From positions 164,858,001 to 164,922,000 of the forward strand of contig NC_042999.1 of NCBI RefSeq assembly GCF_006345805.1: a stretch of 64,000 nt of DNA, given 5' to 3'. Below the pieces are notes generated by a model, which worked only from the letters and a program-made list of their open reading frames with translations, was not told where the DNA came from and ran no database searches. Position numbers and translations under genes: made by a program. The stretch's first letter is position 1. Every line of letters starts with the position of its first letter. The DNA comes from Octopus sinensis. Lineage: Eukaryota. Of this stretch, positions 53,406-64,000 are shown piece after piece.

Positions 53406-54966
53406 ATTATATATATGTATGTGTGTACATATTGTGTGTGTGTGTGTGTGTGTTTTCATTGCCCCATCGCTTGACAACCGGAGCTAGCTTGTTTACAGCT
53501 CTGTAACTTAACTGTTCGACAAAAGTTTCGGTGCCCCAGCATGGTCGCAGTCCAATCACTGAAACAAGTAAAATGTAAAAGATAAGGCATCCTTAGATAC
53601 GCCTGGAAAATAAACACAAAAATCAATGTATGACTAAGCTGGAATGTTATTGATCATCAAATACCTGTTTAGATCTGATCAAGAACAAAAAGCAACTCCA
53701 CTAATAGGGAAATTACCCAAACTGTCATTAAGCTAATCAACCGGCTTTGTTTATATTTCTGTTTACTTAACTTCAACGAGGGAGACATTCTTTATTGGGT
53801 CATTAAGTAAGACCCGCTTACTTCGTTGTGACTTGTATTCTTAAATGAAACTTATATAAAAGAGTGTGTGCAAGGCGGCGAATTGGTAGATTAGTTAAAA
53901 CATTATATAGAATAAAAGGCATACCTACACAAGAGTGCCCTCCCCCCACTCGAGTTTGTTTCCTCATAACTTTCAGAAAAATACGTATTTTTTAATAAAA
54001 TTTTATATAAATACGTTTCAGATGGTGTAGATTCCTATTATACCCGAATTTATTGTAATGTTTTCAGTAGAGGAGTTGGGTAGAAGAGTTTCAGTGAATT
54101 CACACGCGTAGACATTCTTTCCTCATAAATTTCAAGAAAAAATGGATACATATTTCATGAAGTTTTCTACAAATACATTTCAGATACTGTAAATTACAAT
54201 TATATCGCAATTTTTGTGAAAAATGTAAAGAAAAAAAAACACAAAGAACTGGTGGGCGTGCGCACATATATACTGGTACATCACATGATTCATTTTTAAA
54301 ATTACAAGTTTCATTTTGCAGATATATATGTCATACGTGTCAGTATGTATGCGTGGGCACCGAACACAACAGATTTTGTTTTCCCATTAAATTAAAATAC
54401 AATCGTAATATACGCTACCTGAAGGATATTTGTAGAAAATAAAGACATTTGTAGAAAATGTCATTAAAATTACACATTTTTCTGAAACAAAGTCGACTCG
54501 TGCGAATAATTCGAATCTCCTCTTTTCCTTTCGAAAAACATTTTCTGAATAAAAGCAAAAAAAAAAAAAAGAAAAAAAAACTGACTCGCATCCTCCAAAT
54601 GCAACGGATTAGCGGTACTGTGAAAATATGTAAGACATTCCAAAGATTTTCTATCTGGGATTCTTTAAATGAATATATGCACACATTTGGATGTGTACAT
54701 CTACAAAGACACATATGTAAAAAGAAACGATGAGCGCGCGCACACACACGAATGTAAACAAACATCTAAGTACTAAAGAGACATGTTCACAGAGAGCGTG
54801 AGTCCAGGTGCAAACAACTAATTAAATGCACACATCAACTCAACCACTTATTCACAAACCTCGGAAACAATCTTAACTGAAAACGTCTGGTCACCTTGTT
54901 AGCGAGCGACTTGAACTTCATCGAAGAATATACAAAATTGCATACATACATACATACATACATACA

Positions 54967-54999
<33 letters not shown>

Positions 55000-55401
55000 G
55001 TATATATACATTGATCTCCATTTGACCCCCGCCATCTCTCTCTCTCACTATCTCTGTTTTTCTCTTCCTCTCTCTCCGTCTCTCTTTCTCTTTTCGTCTC
55101 TCTCTGTCTCTCCTCCTCTCTTTCGCTGTCTATCAGTCTGTCTTTCTTTCTTTCTCACTTTTTCTCTCTTTCTTTCTCTCATCCTCTCTCTCTACACCCT
55201 CTCTCTATCTTTATCTTTCTCTCTCTGCTTTCTTCTGCATTTCTGACTTTTATCAATCCATCTATCTTTTCTTTTCTCGTCTTCTTTCTATTTTCTTTCT
55301 TTCTCTTCTTCTTTTCTCGTGTCTATTCTCTGTCTCACGTTTATCTCTCTCCGTTCCTTCTGTCATATTTCTTCTTTTCATTTTCTTTCTTGCGACTCTT
55401 C

Positions 55402-55432
<31 letters not shown>

Positions 55433-55474
55433 GCATAAAAAAACAAATCAAGAAATGATTTTAGTTTATTTTAT

Positions 55475-55635
55475 TAGGCGCAAGCGTGGCTGTGTGGTAA
55501 GAAGCTTGCTTTCCTGGTTCCGGATTCATCCAGTTCCACTGTATGGTACCTTGGACAAGTGTCTTTTACTATAGCCTCGGGCCGGACAAAGCCTTGTGAG
55601 TAGATTTGGTAGATGGAAATCGAAAGAAGCCCTCC

Positions 55636-55638
<3 letters not shown>
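55475..55638 (+). mobile_element. SINE family A, 5' half
   Basis: taggcgcaagcgtggctgtgtggtaagaagcttgc...gccttgtgagtagatttggtag. Confidence 0.85.
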
Positions 55639-55681
<43 letters not shown>

Positions 55682-55785
55682 GAAATTTATAGAAAATCCC
55701 CAAAACGAAGACAAGTGTATAAACCACAAGAAAGTGTATTAGTTTGACGCCCGGGAAAAATGAAAGAGTCTCTTATATATATATA

Positions 55786-57663
55786 AATCAAACTCAACCC
55801 CAAAGTGTTCTTTTCATTTGCGAGGAAACACAGGGTCACTGTCTCCATTGTTGGCCCTCTAATTGATGAAACTGGCACTCTCCAAGATAATGCCAAATCC
55901 ATGGCCGAGATACTGCAGAAACAATACTGCTCTGTTTTCAGCAATCCTGATATGGCCGATCTGGGCTGTATCAGTGATGTCAACCCCCAACACACTATAT
56001 CGGACATAACGTTTGGTGCCCCTGATGTCTTAGCGGCGATAAACGAAATAAAACACAATTCAGCAGTAGGCCCCGATAAGTTCCTACTTGTGTCCTGAAG
56101 GTGTGTCGACACCAACTTGCGTCTCCCCTTGCTAATCTGTGGAGAAACTCACTGGATGCTGGCTATATTCCAAAAAAACTTCTGTCCCAGTCTGTTGTCC
56201 CAGTTTTCAAAAAGGGAAACAAGTCCCTTGCAGTGAACTACCGTCCGATCTCACTCACCTCTCATATCATCAAGGTATTTGAGAGGGTGGTGAGATCTCG
56301 AATAACCCAATTTCTGGAAAGCAACAGACGGCTGATCTCTAACCAACATGGGTTCCGTAATGGAAGGGACTGCCTAACGCAGCTCCTGCACCACTTTGAT
56401 GACATTTGAGAGCTTTGGAGAGGGCTCCAACACCGATGTCATCTACCTTGATTCAGCAAGGCCTTCGACAGGGTTGATCACAAGATCCTATTGACAAAAC
56501 TAACCAACATTGGTGTCTCTGGAAAGTTACTGAAATGGATCAAGTGTTTCCTGACAGACAGATCTCAACATGTTGTAGTGAAGGGGTAACATCAAGCCCA
56601 GCCAAAGTCAGTAGGGGCGTTCCGCAAGGCACTGTGCTGGGCCCACTTCTTCATATCTACATTAATGACATTAATGACATCATCAAGCACACAGCAACAT
56701 AAAAATCTTTGCAGATGATTCCAAGCTACAGAAGGTCATAAATGAGGCGAGTGACCGGACATGCCTTCAGTCAGATCTACTGGCTGTTATCCAATGGGCA
56801 GAAAAAAAAACAATATGCTGCAACGAGGATAAATTTGAGTTAATCCACTTTGGAAAAGAGGATGCCCTGAAACTCCCATACTCCCTTCTTCAGGTGAAAC
56901 TCTCGTGTCATCCACAACATCAGAGACTTGGGAGTAATTGTGGGACAACAGCATAAGCTGGCCCACTCATATAAACACCAAAGTTGACATGGCCCGCAGA
57001 ATGTGTCCTGGATTCTCAGAACTTTCCAGTCGAGAGATATCCACACCATTATCCTTCTCTTCTCCACTTTGCCCGACCCCACCTTGAAATACTGTGTCCA
57101 CTGTGGTTCCCCAACAAAACAAAGTATCATAAAAGGTGAAGCACCTCAAGGGCAATCACAAAAAAGATAGATGGCATGACAGGCCTCGACTATTGGGGTC
57201 GACTAGAAAAGCTAAAACTTTATTCTCTCCAACGTCGCCGTGAGCGCTACATCATCTGCATGATGTGGAAAATATTCCATCAGCATTGCCCAAATGATGT
57301 TGGCATCACCTTGGGCCCCGTGCCATCCGCCCCAAAACAAAATCGCACTCTCATCTCATAACAACAATACGGCACCAATTATTTCACCTCAATTGGCCCC
57401 GCTCTCTTTAACATTACACCAAAACACATTAAAACAGAAACAGCCCAATAAGGTTCAAGAAGTCTTTGGACAGATTCCTTCAAGAAATCCCGGATAAACC
57501 CCCTACACCCGGATATGTCTCTGTAAACAATAACTCTCTACTTGAGTGGGCCATAGTGCCCAAATTCTGACTTGAAAGACTTCACCCAGGTGGTGCTATT
57601 AAGTTAGACATGACCTGGGCCAATAATGGCCGAAACCTATGAAAGTATCAAAGTATCAAAGTA
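55786..57663 (+). mobile_element. CR1-like LINE, 5'-truncated, frameshifted reverse transcriptase, (AAAGTATC)n tail
   Basis: NPKVFFSFAR, SAVGPD, VVPVFKKG..SLAVNYRPISLTSHIIKVFE, QHGFRNGRDCLTQLL, SKAFDRVDH, GVPQGTVLGP, IFADDSKL, YWGRLEKLKLYSLQRRRERY. Confidence 0.93.
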
Positions 57664-57737
57664 TATATATATATATATATTATATAATACTATATTTATA
57701 TATATATATATATATATATAATAAATATATAATATAT

Positions 57738-57786
<49 letters not shown>

Positions 57787-57789
57787 ATT

Positions 57790-57849
<60 letters not shown>

Positions 57850-57869
57850 TATATATATCATATATATTA

Positions 57870-58078
57870 ACTTTGATACTTTGATACTTTGATAGGTTTC
57901 GGCCATTATTGGCCAGGCCATGTCTAACTTAATAGCACCACCTGGTGAAGTCTTTCAAGTCAGAATTTGGGCACTATGGCCCACTCAAGTAGAGAGTTAT
58001 TGTTTACAGAGACATATCCGGGTGTAGGGGGTTTATCCGGGATTTCTTGAAGGAATCTGTCCAAAGACTTCTTGAACC
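57870..58078 (-). mobile_element. Inverted copy of the 3' terminal ~210 bp of the same CR1-like LINE
   Basis: Reverse complement of 57452-57663. Confidence 0.93.
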
Positions 58079-58099
58079 CTATAGGGTCTATACATATAT

Positions 58100-58480
58100 C
58101 GTGGCACTCCGTCGGGTACGACGATGAGGGTTCCAGTTGATCCGATCAACGGAACAGTCTGCTCGTGAAATTAACGTGCAAGTGGCTGAGCACTCCACAG
58201 AGACGTGTACTTTTAACGTGGTTCTTGGAAAAATTCAGCATGGCACAAGGTATGATAAGGGTGGCCTTTCGACATACAGGTACAACAGAAACAGGAAGAA
58301 AAAGTGAGAGAAAGTTGTGATAAAAGATTACAGCAGGGTTTGACACCAGCCCCTGCCGGAGTGTTGTGGAGCTTTAGGTGTTTTCGCTCAATAAACTCTC
58401 ACAACACCCGGTCTGGGAATCGAAACCGCGATCCTACGACCGCAAGTCTGCTGCCCTAGCAACTGGGCCATAGCGTCTCC
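58100..58480 (-). mobile_element. tRNA-derived SINE (octopus OR-like)
   Basis: Minus-strand head ggagacgctatggcccagttgctagggcagcagacttgcggtcgtaggatcgcggtttcgattcccag with A and B boxes. Confidence 0.75.
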
Positions 58481-58519
58481 ACACGCACACACGCACACAC
58501 ATATTCAAATGAATGGGTG

Positions 58520-58730
58520 TATGTGTGTGTGTCTTTGTGTCTGTGTTTGTCTCCCATCACCACTTGACCACCGGTGCTGGTGTGTTTACGTCGCCGTAAC
58601 TTAGCGGTTCGGTAAAAGTATTTGATAAAATAAGCTCCAGACTTGAAAAAAGTCCTTCGGCCGGTTCATTCGACTTCAAATTCCTCAAGGCGGTGTCCCA
58701 GCATGGCAGCAGTCGGAAACAAGTAAAAGA
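58520..58730 (+). mobile_element. SINE family A, 3' half
   Basis: gctggtgtgtttacgtcgccgtaacttagcggttcgg. Confidence 0.85.
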
Positions 58731-58924
58731 GATTCAATTTCCTTAATGTTTACATGTCTCCTACATTTTCCCCACCTCGATCACTTTTCGTATCTTAGCC
58801 TCAGAACCAAACAATTGATTAAAGCGTTGCAATCATTTCCTTGTCTCTCTTTTCACTGATAGCATTCAGTATTTGTTGCGATTTAACAGTTACATGTTAC
58901 CAGCTTCCACACCATGATATAAAT

Positions 58925-59105
<181 letters not shown>

Positions 59106-59365
59106 TTGAAGAACTCCCAAGCGGAAATTGTTATCTCTTTCTCGCTCACTTCGGAAAATTAAATCGTCTGGTCTTGGAAATGAATTGTTTATGAGAATAA
59201 TTGATATATGGATCGATCGATCGATTTCTTCTTAAATGGATGTATCGATAGGCAGTATGGAGGAAATAGGTAGGGAAATATGAAAGAACTAAAAAAAAAA
59301 AACATCAAAAAATATTATTGATAGATAAATTGATAATTAGATAGATAAATAGATTATATATATAT

Positions 59366-59401
<36 letters not shown>

Positions 59402-59526
59402 CACACACACACACACAACACACACACACATACACACACATAAATATATACACACATATATATATATTTAAATATTTTATACATGCATATATATATATAT
59501 ATTATATATCACATATATTATTTTAT

Positions 59527-59757
59527 TCTTTTACTTGTTTCAGTCATTTGACTGCGGCCACGTTGGAGCACCACCTTTAGTTGAACAAATCGACCCCAGA
59601 AATTTTTCTTTGTAAGCCTAGTACTTATTCTATCGGTCTCTTTTGCCGAACCACTAAGTTACGGGGACGTAAACACACCAGCATCGATTGTCAAGCAATG
59701 ATGGGGGACAAGCACACCACACACACACAAAGGTATATATATATATATATATATACT

Positions 59758-59796
<39 letters not shown>

Positions 59797-59928
59797 ACGG
59801 GCCGCTTTCAGTTTCCGTCTACCAAATCCACTCACATGGCTTTGGTTGGCCCGAGGATATAGTAGAGACGCTTGCACAAGGTGCCACTGAACCCGGAAGC
59901 ATGCATCTTACCACACAGCCACACTGTG
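59527..59928 (-). mobile_element. SINE family A, near full length
   Basis: Reverse complement of 5478-5880. Confidence 0.9.
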
Positions 59929-59932
59929 ACTA

Positions 59933-59975
<43 letters not shown>

Positions 59976-59985
59976 ACATACATAC

Positions 59986-60088
<103 letters not shown>

Positions 60089-60705
60089 GCGAGAAAGAAG
60101 CAACAAGAATGGATAGGTTTTTAGTACAATCGTTTCATACAAGGACAGGCTTTATTAAAAGTTTCAAAAATTACAGCATATAAACGTGTCCCGTACTCAT
60201 CAGCAAAATACATGTGAGTTCTCTAGACATCCTAGTGGTTGAGGCTATACTCATGAAGTAATGTAGATAATTAAGTAACATAACACAGATTCCAAAGTTC
60301 ATTAAAGTTCTTTAAAGATGATATACAGTCTTATCATCAGAATTTAAAAAAAGTTTAATAGCATCACAGAGAAGGTGACCTAATCCATAGTGCACATATG
60401 TGCACTATGGATTAGGTCACCTTCTCTGTGATGCTACATTAAACTTTTTTTAAATTCTGGATAAGACTGTATATCATCTTTAAAGAACTTTAATGAACTT
60501 TGGAAATGTTTATGTTACTTAATTATCTACATTACTTCATGAGTATAGCCTCAACCACTAGGATGTCTAGAGAACTCACATGTATTTAGGCTGATGAGTA
60601 CGGGACACGTTTATATGCTGTAAGTTTTTTGAAACTTTTAATAAAGCCTGTCCTTGTATGAAACGATTTACTAAAAACCTATCCATTCTTGTGCTTCTTT
60701 CTCGC
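60089..60705. repeat. Spacerless palindrome, ~308-bp arms, centre 60397/60398
   Basis: ...ccatagtgcacat|atgtgcactatgg...; the arms match apart from a few small indels and substitutions. Confidence 0.97.
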
Positions 60706-60864
60706 TTATAATCACCCCACATTACTGTATTGTTTAAAACAGTATAGTTTTTTTGGTGCATCTAAGTTAGGTACCATATTCAGTAAATTCATTAAATTAA
60801 CTTGAATCTTTATTGCTTTTTGTATATATATATATATATATACATACTATATATATCTATATAT

Positions 60865-61108
60865 ATACTAAGCAATAAAGGGTTTAGCACGAAATGGCCT
60901 TACCACATACCGAATTTAGAAATAGCAGTCAAAGAGTTATAGCTATTTCTTCTACTAAAAAGGGAGATCTCAGCAAAAAAACAGCAATTGCTGTTTTTAC
61001 TGAGATCTCCCTTTTTAGTAGAAAGAAATAGCTATAACTCTTTGACTGCTATTTCTAAATTCGGTATGTGGTAAGGCAATTCGTTGCTAAACCCTTTATG
61101 CTTAGTAT
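60865..61108. repeat. Spacerless palindrome, ~122-bp arms, centre 60987/60988
   Basis: ...aaacagcaa|ttgctgttt... Confidence 0.97.
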
Positions 61109-61819
61109 TACTTAAATTTTCCTCGAATGAGGCTTTTACAGCCGAAGACTACTTGGTGTAATTGATAATTATTCCAAATTAATTAATTTCACCCTTCATT
61201 ATTAGGATAACTTATATATATATATAATATATATATATATAAATACACACACACACACTCGTACGTATGTATGTATGTTTTTACGTATGTATGTATGTCT
61301 ATGTTGCGCAAGTACATGTCACTGGCCACGGAATTATTTCTCGTAACCTGTTTTTGCTTACATAACGCAAATCACCTACGTCATAAATGCGTTCCATTGC
61401 TTTTTGTAGAAGTCCCTTGTCTATTAGAGATAACCTGAGACGATCGTGGTGCTGATGACCATTATTGATCAAGAGACATGTTCACAACTGTTCTTTTTTA
61501 CCCTAGACTATAGGCGTGTCCTTTTCTTCAATGGTATGTCAGCTTTGGAGCTGGTAACAATTGAGATTTGGTAATTTTGACACATCCTCTAGAGGCATAG
61601 ATAACATTAATAAAGCAAGGACTTCTGTTGTATGGTATTTGATTTACCTGAATTTGCTAATATACATACTTTCATACACACATATGTATACACGCACATA
61701 CACACAACCATTTGTTCATATAAACATAGATACACACATATAAACATACATAATAAATAGACGCACACGCAAACACACATGCACACATACACGCAGAGGT
61801 AAATATATCATTCAGTACA

Positions 61820-62240
61820 CACAGCTGGTGACCCCAGTATGAAGGACATAATCACTCGCAAGCCACATCAGGAGCCCCCCACTCCTAGTTGTCACTGTCG
61901 ATACTCTGAAGGTTACCCATTCCCTTAGGCGTGTTTGATAAATCCAGGAGTTTATGAAGCTGAAGTCGCAGCAGTGCTCTACTTCAAAATTACATAAAAA
62001 AGAAAAAATGACATTGGTTTATGCAAAGGCAATTTTAAAAGAAGACATTCAAACCACAAGTCTTTTTTCCGATACATTGATAAAAGTAAAACTACAACGT
62101 TAGACCAAAGAGATGCAGGCTGTGTGTAGCCGAAAGATCGCACATTCTTCGTAGATTCAGGCTTAACACAACACTACTTAATTCGAGATCCGAAAATTTT
62201 ACCAAATACAAGCACATGGACAAATTTCTTTTGCCAAACT
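61820..62240 (+). pseudogene. Third, older Penelope GIY-YIG relic (absent from the ORF track)
   Basis: Manual translation: PSMKDII, SCHCRYSEGYPFP.ACLINPGVYEAEV, IGLCKGNFKRRHSNHKSFFR..DKSKTTTL, CRLCVAER, LLNSRSENFTKYKH. Confidence 0.75.
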
Positions 62241-62640
62241 GGAGGACACCACCCTCTCCAGATTGATAGGCTGGGATACAGACTTTGGCTTCCTCCCCGT
62301 TGAATTATTCTACACTAGCTAGATTACTTATAATTTTGACGGACAAAGGGGACGAAGCTCTTAGTTCTCTTTTCTTTTCTTTTTCCGTTATTATTCAACT
62401 TTTGCTTTGTAGTTCCACCTCTAGTATCAACTCTCTCGTTTTTTCTAGCGTTTTCTCATACTTATTTTACAGATAAGACCAATCATGTGTATTTGAGCCT
62501 GACGGATTGCTTGGAGAACAAGGCACAATATATAATTATGCTGAACTGTCAGTAGTTCATATACCATGTATATTTAACGACATTTATCTCTCACTGAATG
62601 GAGTACTTTTGTTGAAACTACCTATAAAGGAAGAGTAAAC

Positions 62641-62673
<33 letters not shown>

Positions 62674-62982
62674 GCAATATACTACGTATACAATTTTCTT
62701 TCTTCTTGAGGCTGTTATGTTGAATGTCATCACGTATAGAAATCGTGATGCGAATCTCATGATATAGATGTATGTTTTGCAACTAATTTAGTTACTCTCT
62801 GAGCAACATTAATTATTCAACATGTAAGTCGAACTTCAGAACGATGCTTAGTTGAATAAACAGTAGCCGAATTTTTCTCCGACAAAAATATTCAAATATT
62901 TATTCATTCCTTTTCAAAAATTATAAAAAGTTATAAAAAATTTTGCTGACTGATCACGAAAATATAGATGAATCGTGTTTAT

Positions 62983-63109
62983 ATACATACATACATACAT
63001 ACATACATACATACATACATACATACATACATACATACATACATACATACATACATACATACATACATGCATACATACATACATACATACATACATACAT
63101 ACATACATA

Positions 63110-63162
<53 letters not shown>
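62983..63162. repeat. (CATA)n(CA)n microsatellite
   Basis: Direct inspection. Confidence 0.98.
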
Positions 63163-63278
63163 TATTTTCTTTGGAAAATTATTTATATCATATATAATCA
63201 TATGTTTATAACTAATTTAGAACACAGGATTTATATTTGCATACGTATTATTTCCCTATAAACATAGATGCTCACATA

Positions 63279-64000
63279 CACGCATGGAATAAACTGTCGT
63301 CAAAATTACACAAAAATGAAAATAACACTGACATCTCATTTTAAGATATATTTACTAAAATTATATAAAAATATCATGAAATACTAAAGAGTAAATTTAT
63401 TCAGTAAAATCGCCATTGGCTTCAACCACGGAACACCAGACAACTTTGGAATCACCAGCAAATCTTCTGGATGGTCTCCTTGCTTAAGTTTGTGAATGCT
63501 GCCATAATCATTGTCTTAAGTTCATCTTTGGTGTTACAAGGAGTGTTGTTGGTCTCTCGCTCAACTGCACCCCACATATAATAATCAAGGGGGTTGCAGT
63601 CTGGGGAGTTAGGTGGCCAGATGTTAGGGATGATCGCAGAATTTTTGTGACAACCATGACTGGGTTCTCCTGCTTGTGTGGCTTGAGGCTGAGTCCTGTT
63701 GCCAGACATAGGGTCTTCCAGCAGTCACCCTCTTGACCCAAAGCAGTACTGCCTTCTCCAAGCCCTTCATGTAGGCCTCCGTGTTGAGTTTGTGGCCGTG
63801 TGGAAAGATGAATGGTTGCATAACGTCGCCATCACTATTGATCACTCCAAACACTATGTTTTTTACTGGATGTTTAATTTTTATCACTTTCGGTAGATGT
63901 CCTCAGATTGTACTGTCTTCAGATTAACACCCAAACACTCTGATATGTTCGTATTGGATCTGCCGGCTCGAATGCCACGCAGCACAACATGTCGTTTCCA
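63279..64000 (-). mobile_element. DD37D (maT-like) Tc1/mariner relic, internally deleted, running off the window end
   Basis: WKRHVVLRGIRAGRSNTNISECLGV (HTH) joined to IVFGVINSDGDVMQPFIF, YVWQQDSASSH and WPPNSPDCNPLDYYMW; about 37 residues between the 2nd and 3rd Asp across a frameshift. Confidence 0.85.

Noticed and set aside
53920-54500. Direct and inverted ~80-bp repeats (tttcctcataa...tttcagat)
   Set aside because: Probably internal repeats of a decayed Helentron or MITE, but the boundaries and class could not be defined by eye.
60591-60620. ctgatgagtacgggacacg as a hammerhead inside the large palindrome
   Set aside because: CUGAUGA is present, but there is no GAAA and no stem II/III in either arm.

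Overview
Eukaryotic, AT-rich, repeat-saturated intergenic or intronic DNA. It is most likely from an octopod cephalopod; this is inferred from recalled octopus-type tRNA-derived SINE sequences and the extreme microsatellite load, not from a search. I found no intact host protein-coding gene, rRNA, bona fide tRNA gene or CRISPR array, and most listed ORFs are microsatellite artefacts. Recognisable DNA-transposon content: a Chapaev3-like relic, hAT relics, three mariners (one full length with perfect 32-bp TIRs), a DD37D/maT element, a Helitron PIF1 helicase relic and a non-autonomous Helitron. Recognisable retroelement content: three Penelope-like (GIY-YIG) relics, R4/Dong-type RLE LINE fragments, a CR1-like LINE, RTE fragments and many SINE copies. 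The most interesting signal is a recurring class of short non-coding elements that carry minimal Penelope-type hammerhead ribozyme motifs and occur as fold-back palindromes. The best case (33271-35450) has a tRNA-Ile-like head, an (AAT)n tract, a hammerhead and an exact 15-bp target-site duplication. That makes it a candidate Pol III-headed, Penelope-mobilised ribozyme SINE, and its (AAT)n tract was later invaded by three TAA-associated elements. Coordinates were read by eye and may be off by a few bases, more for degenerate elements.
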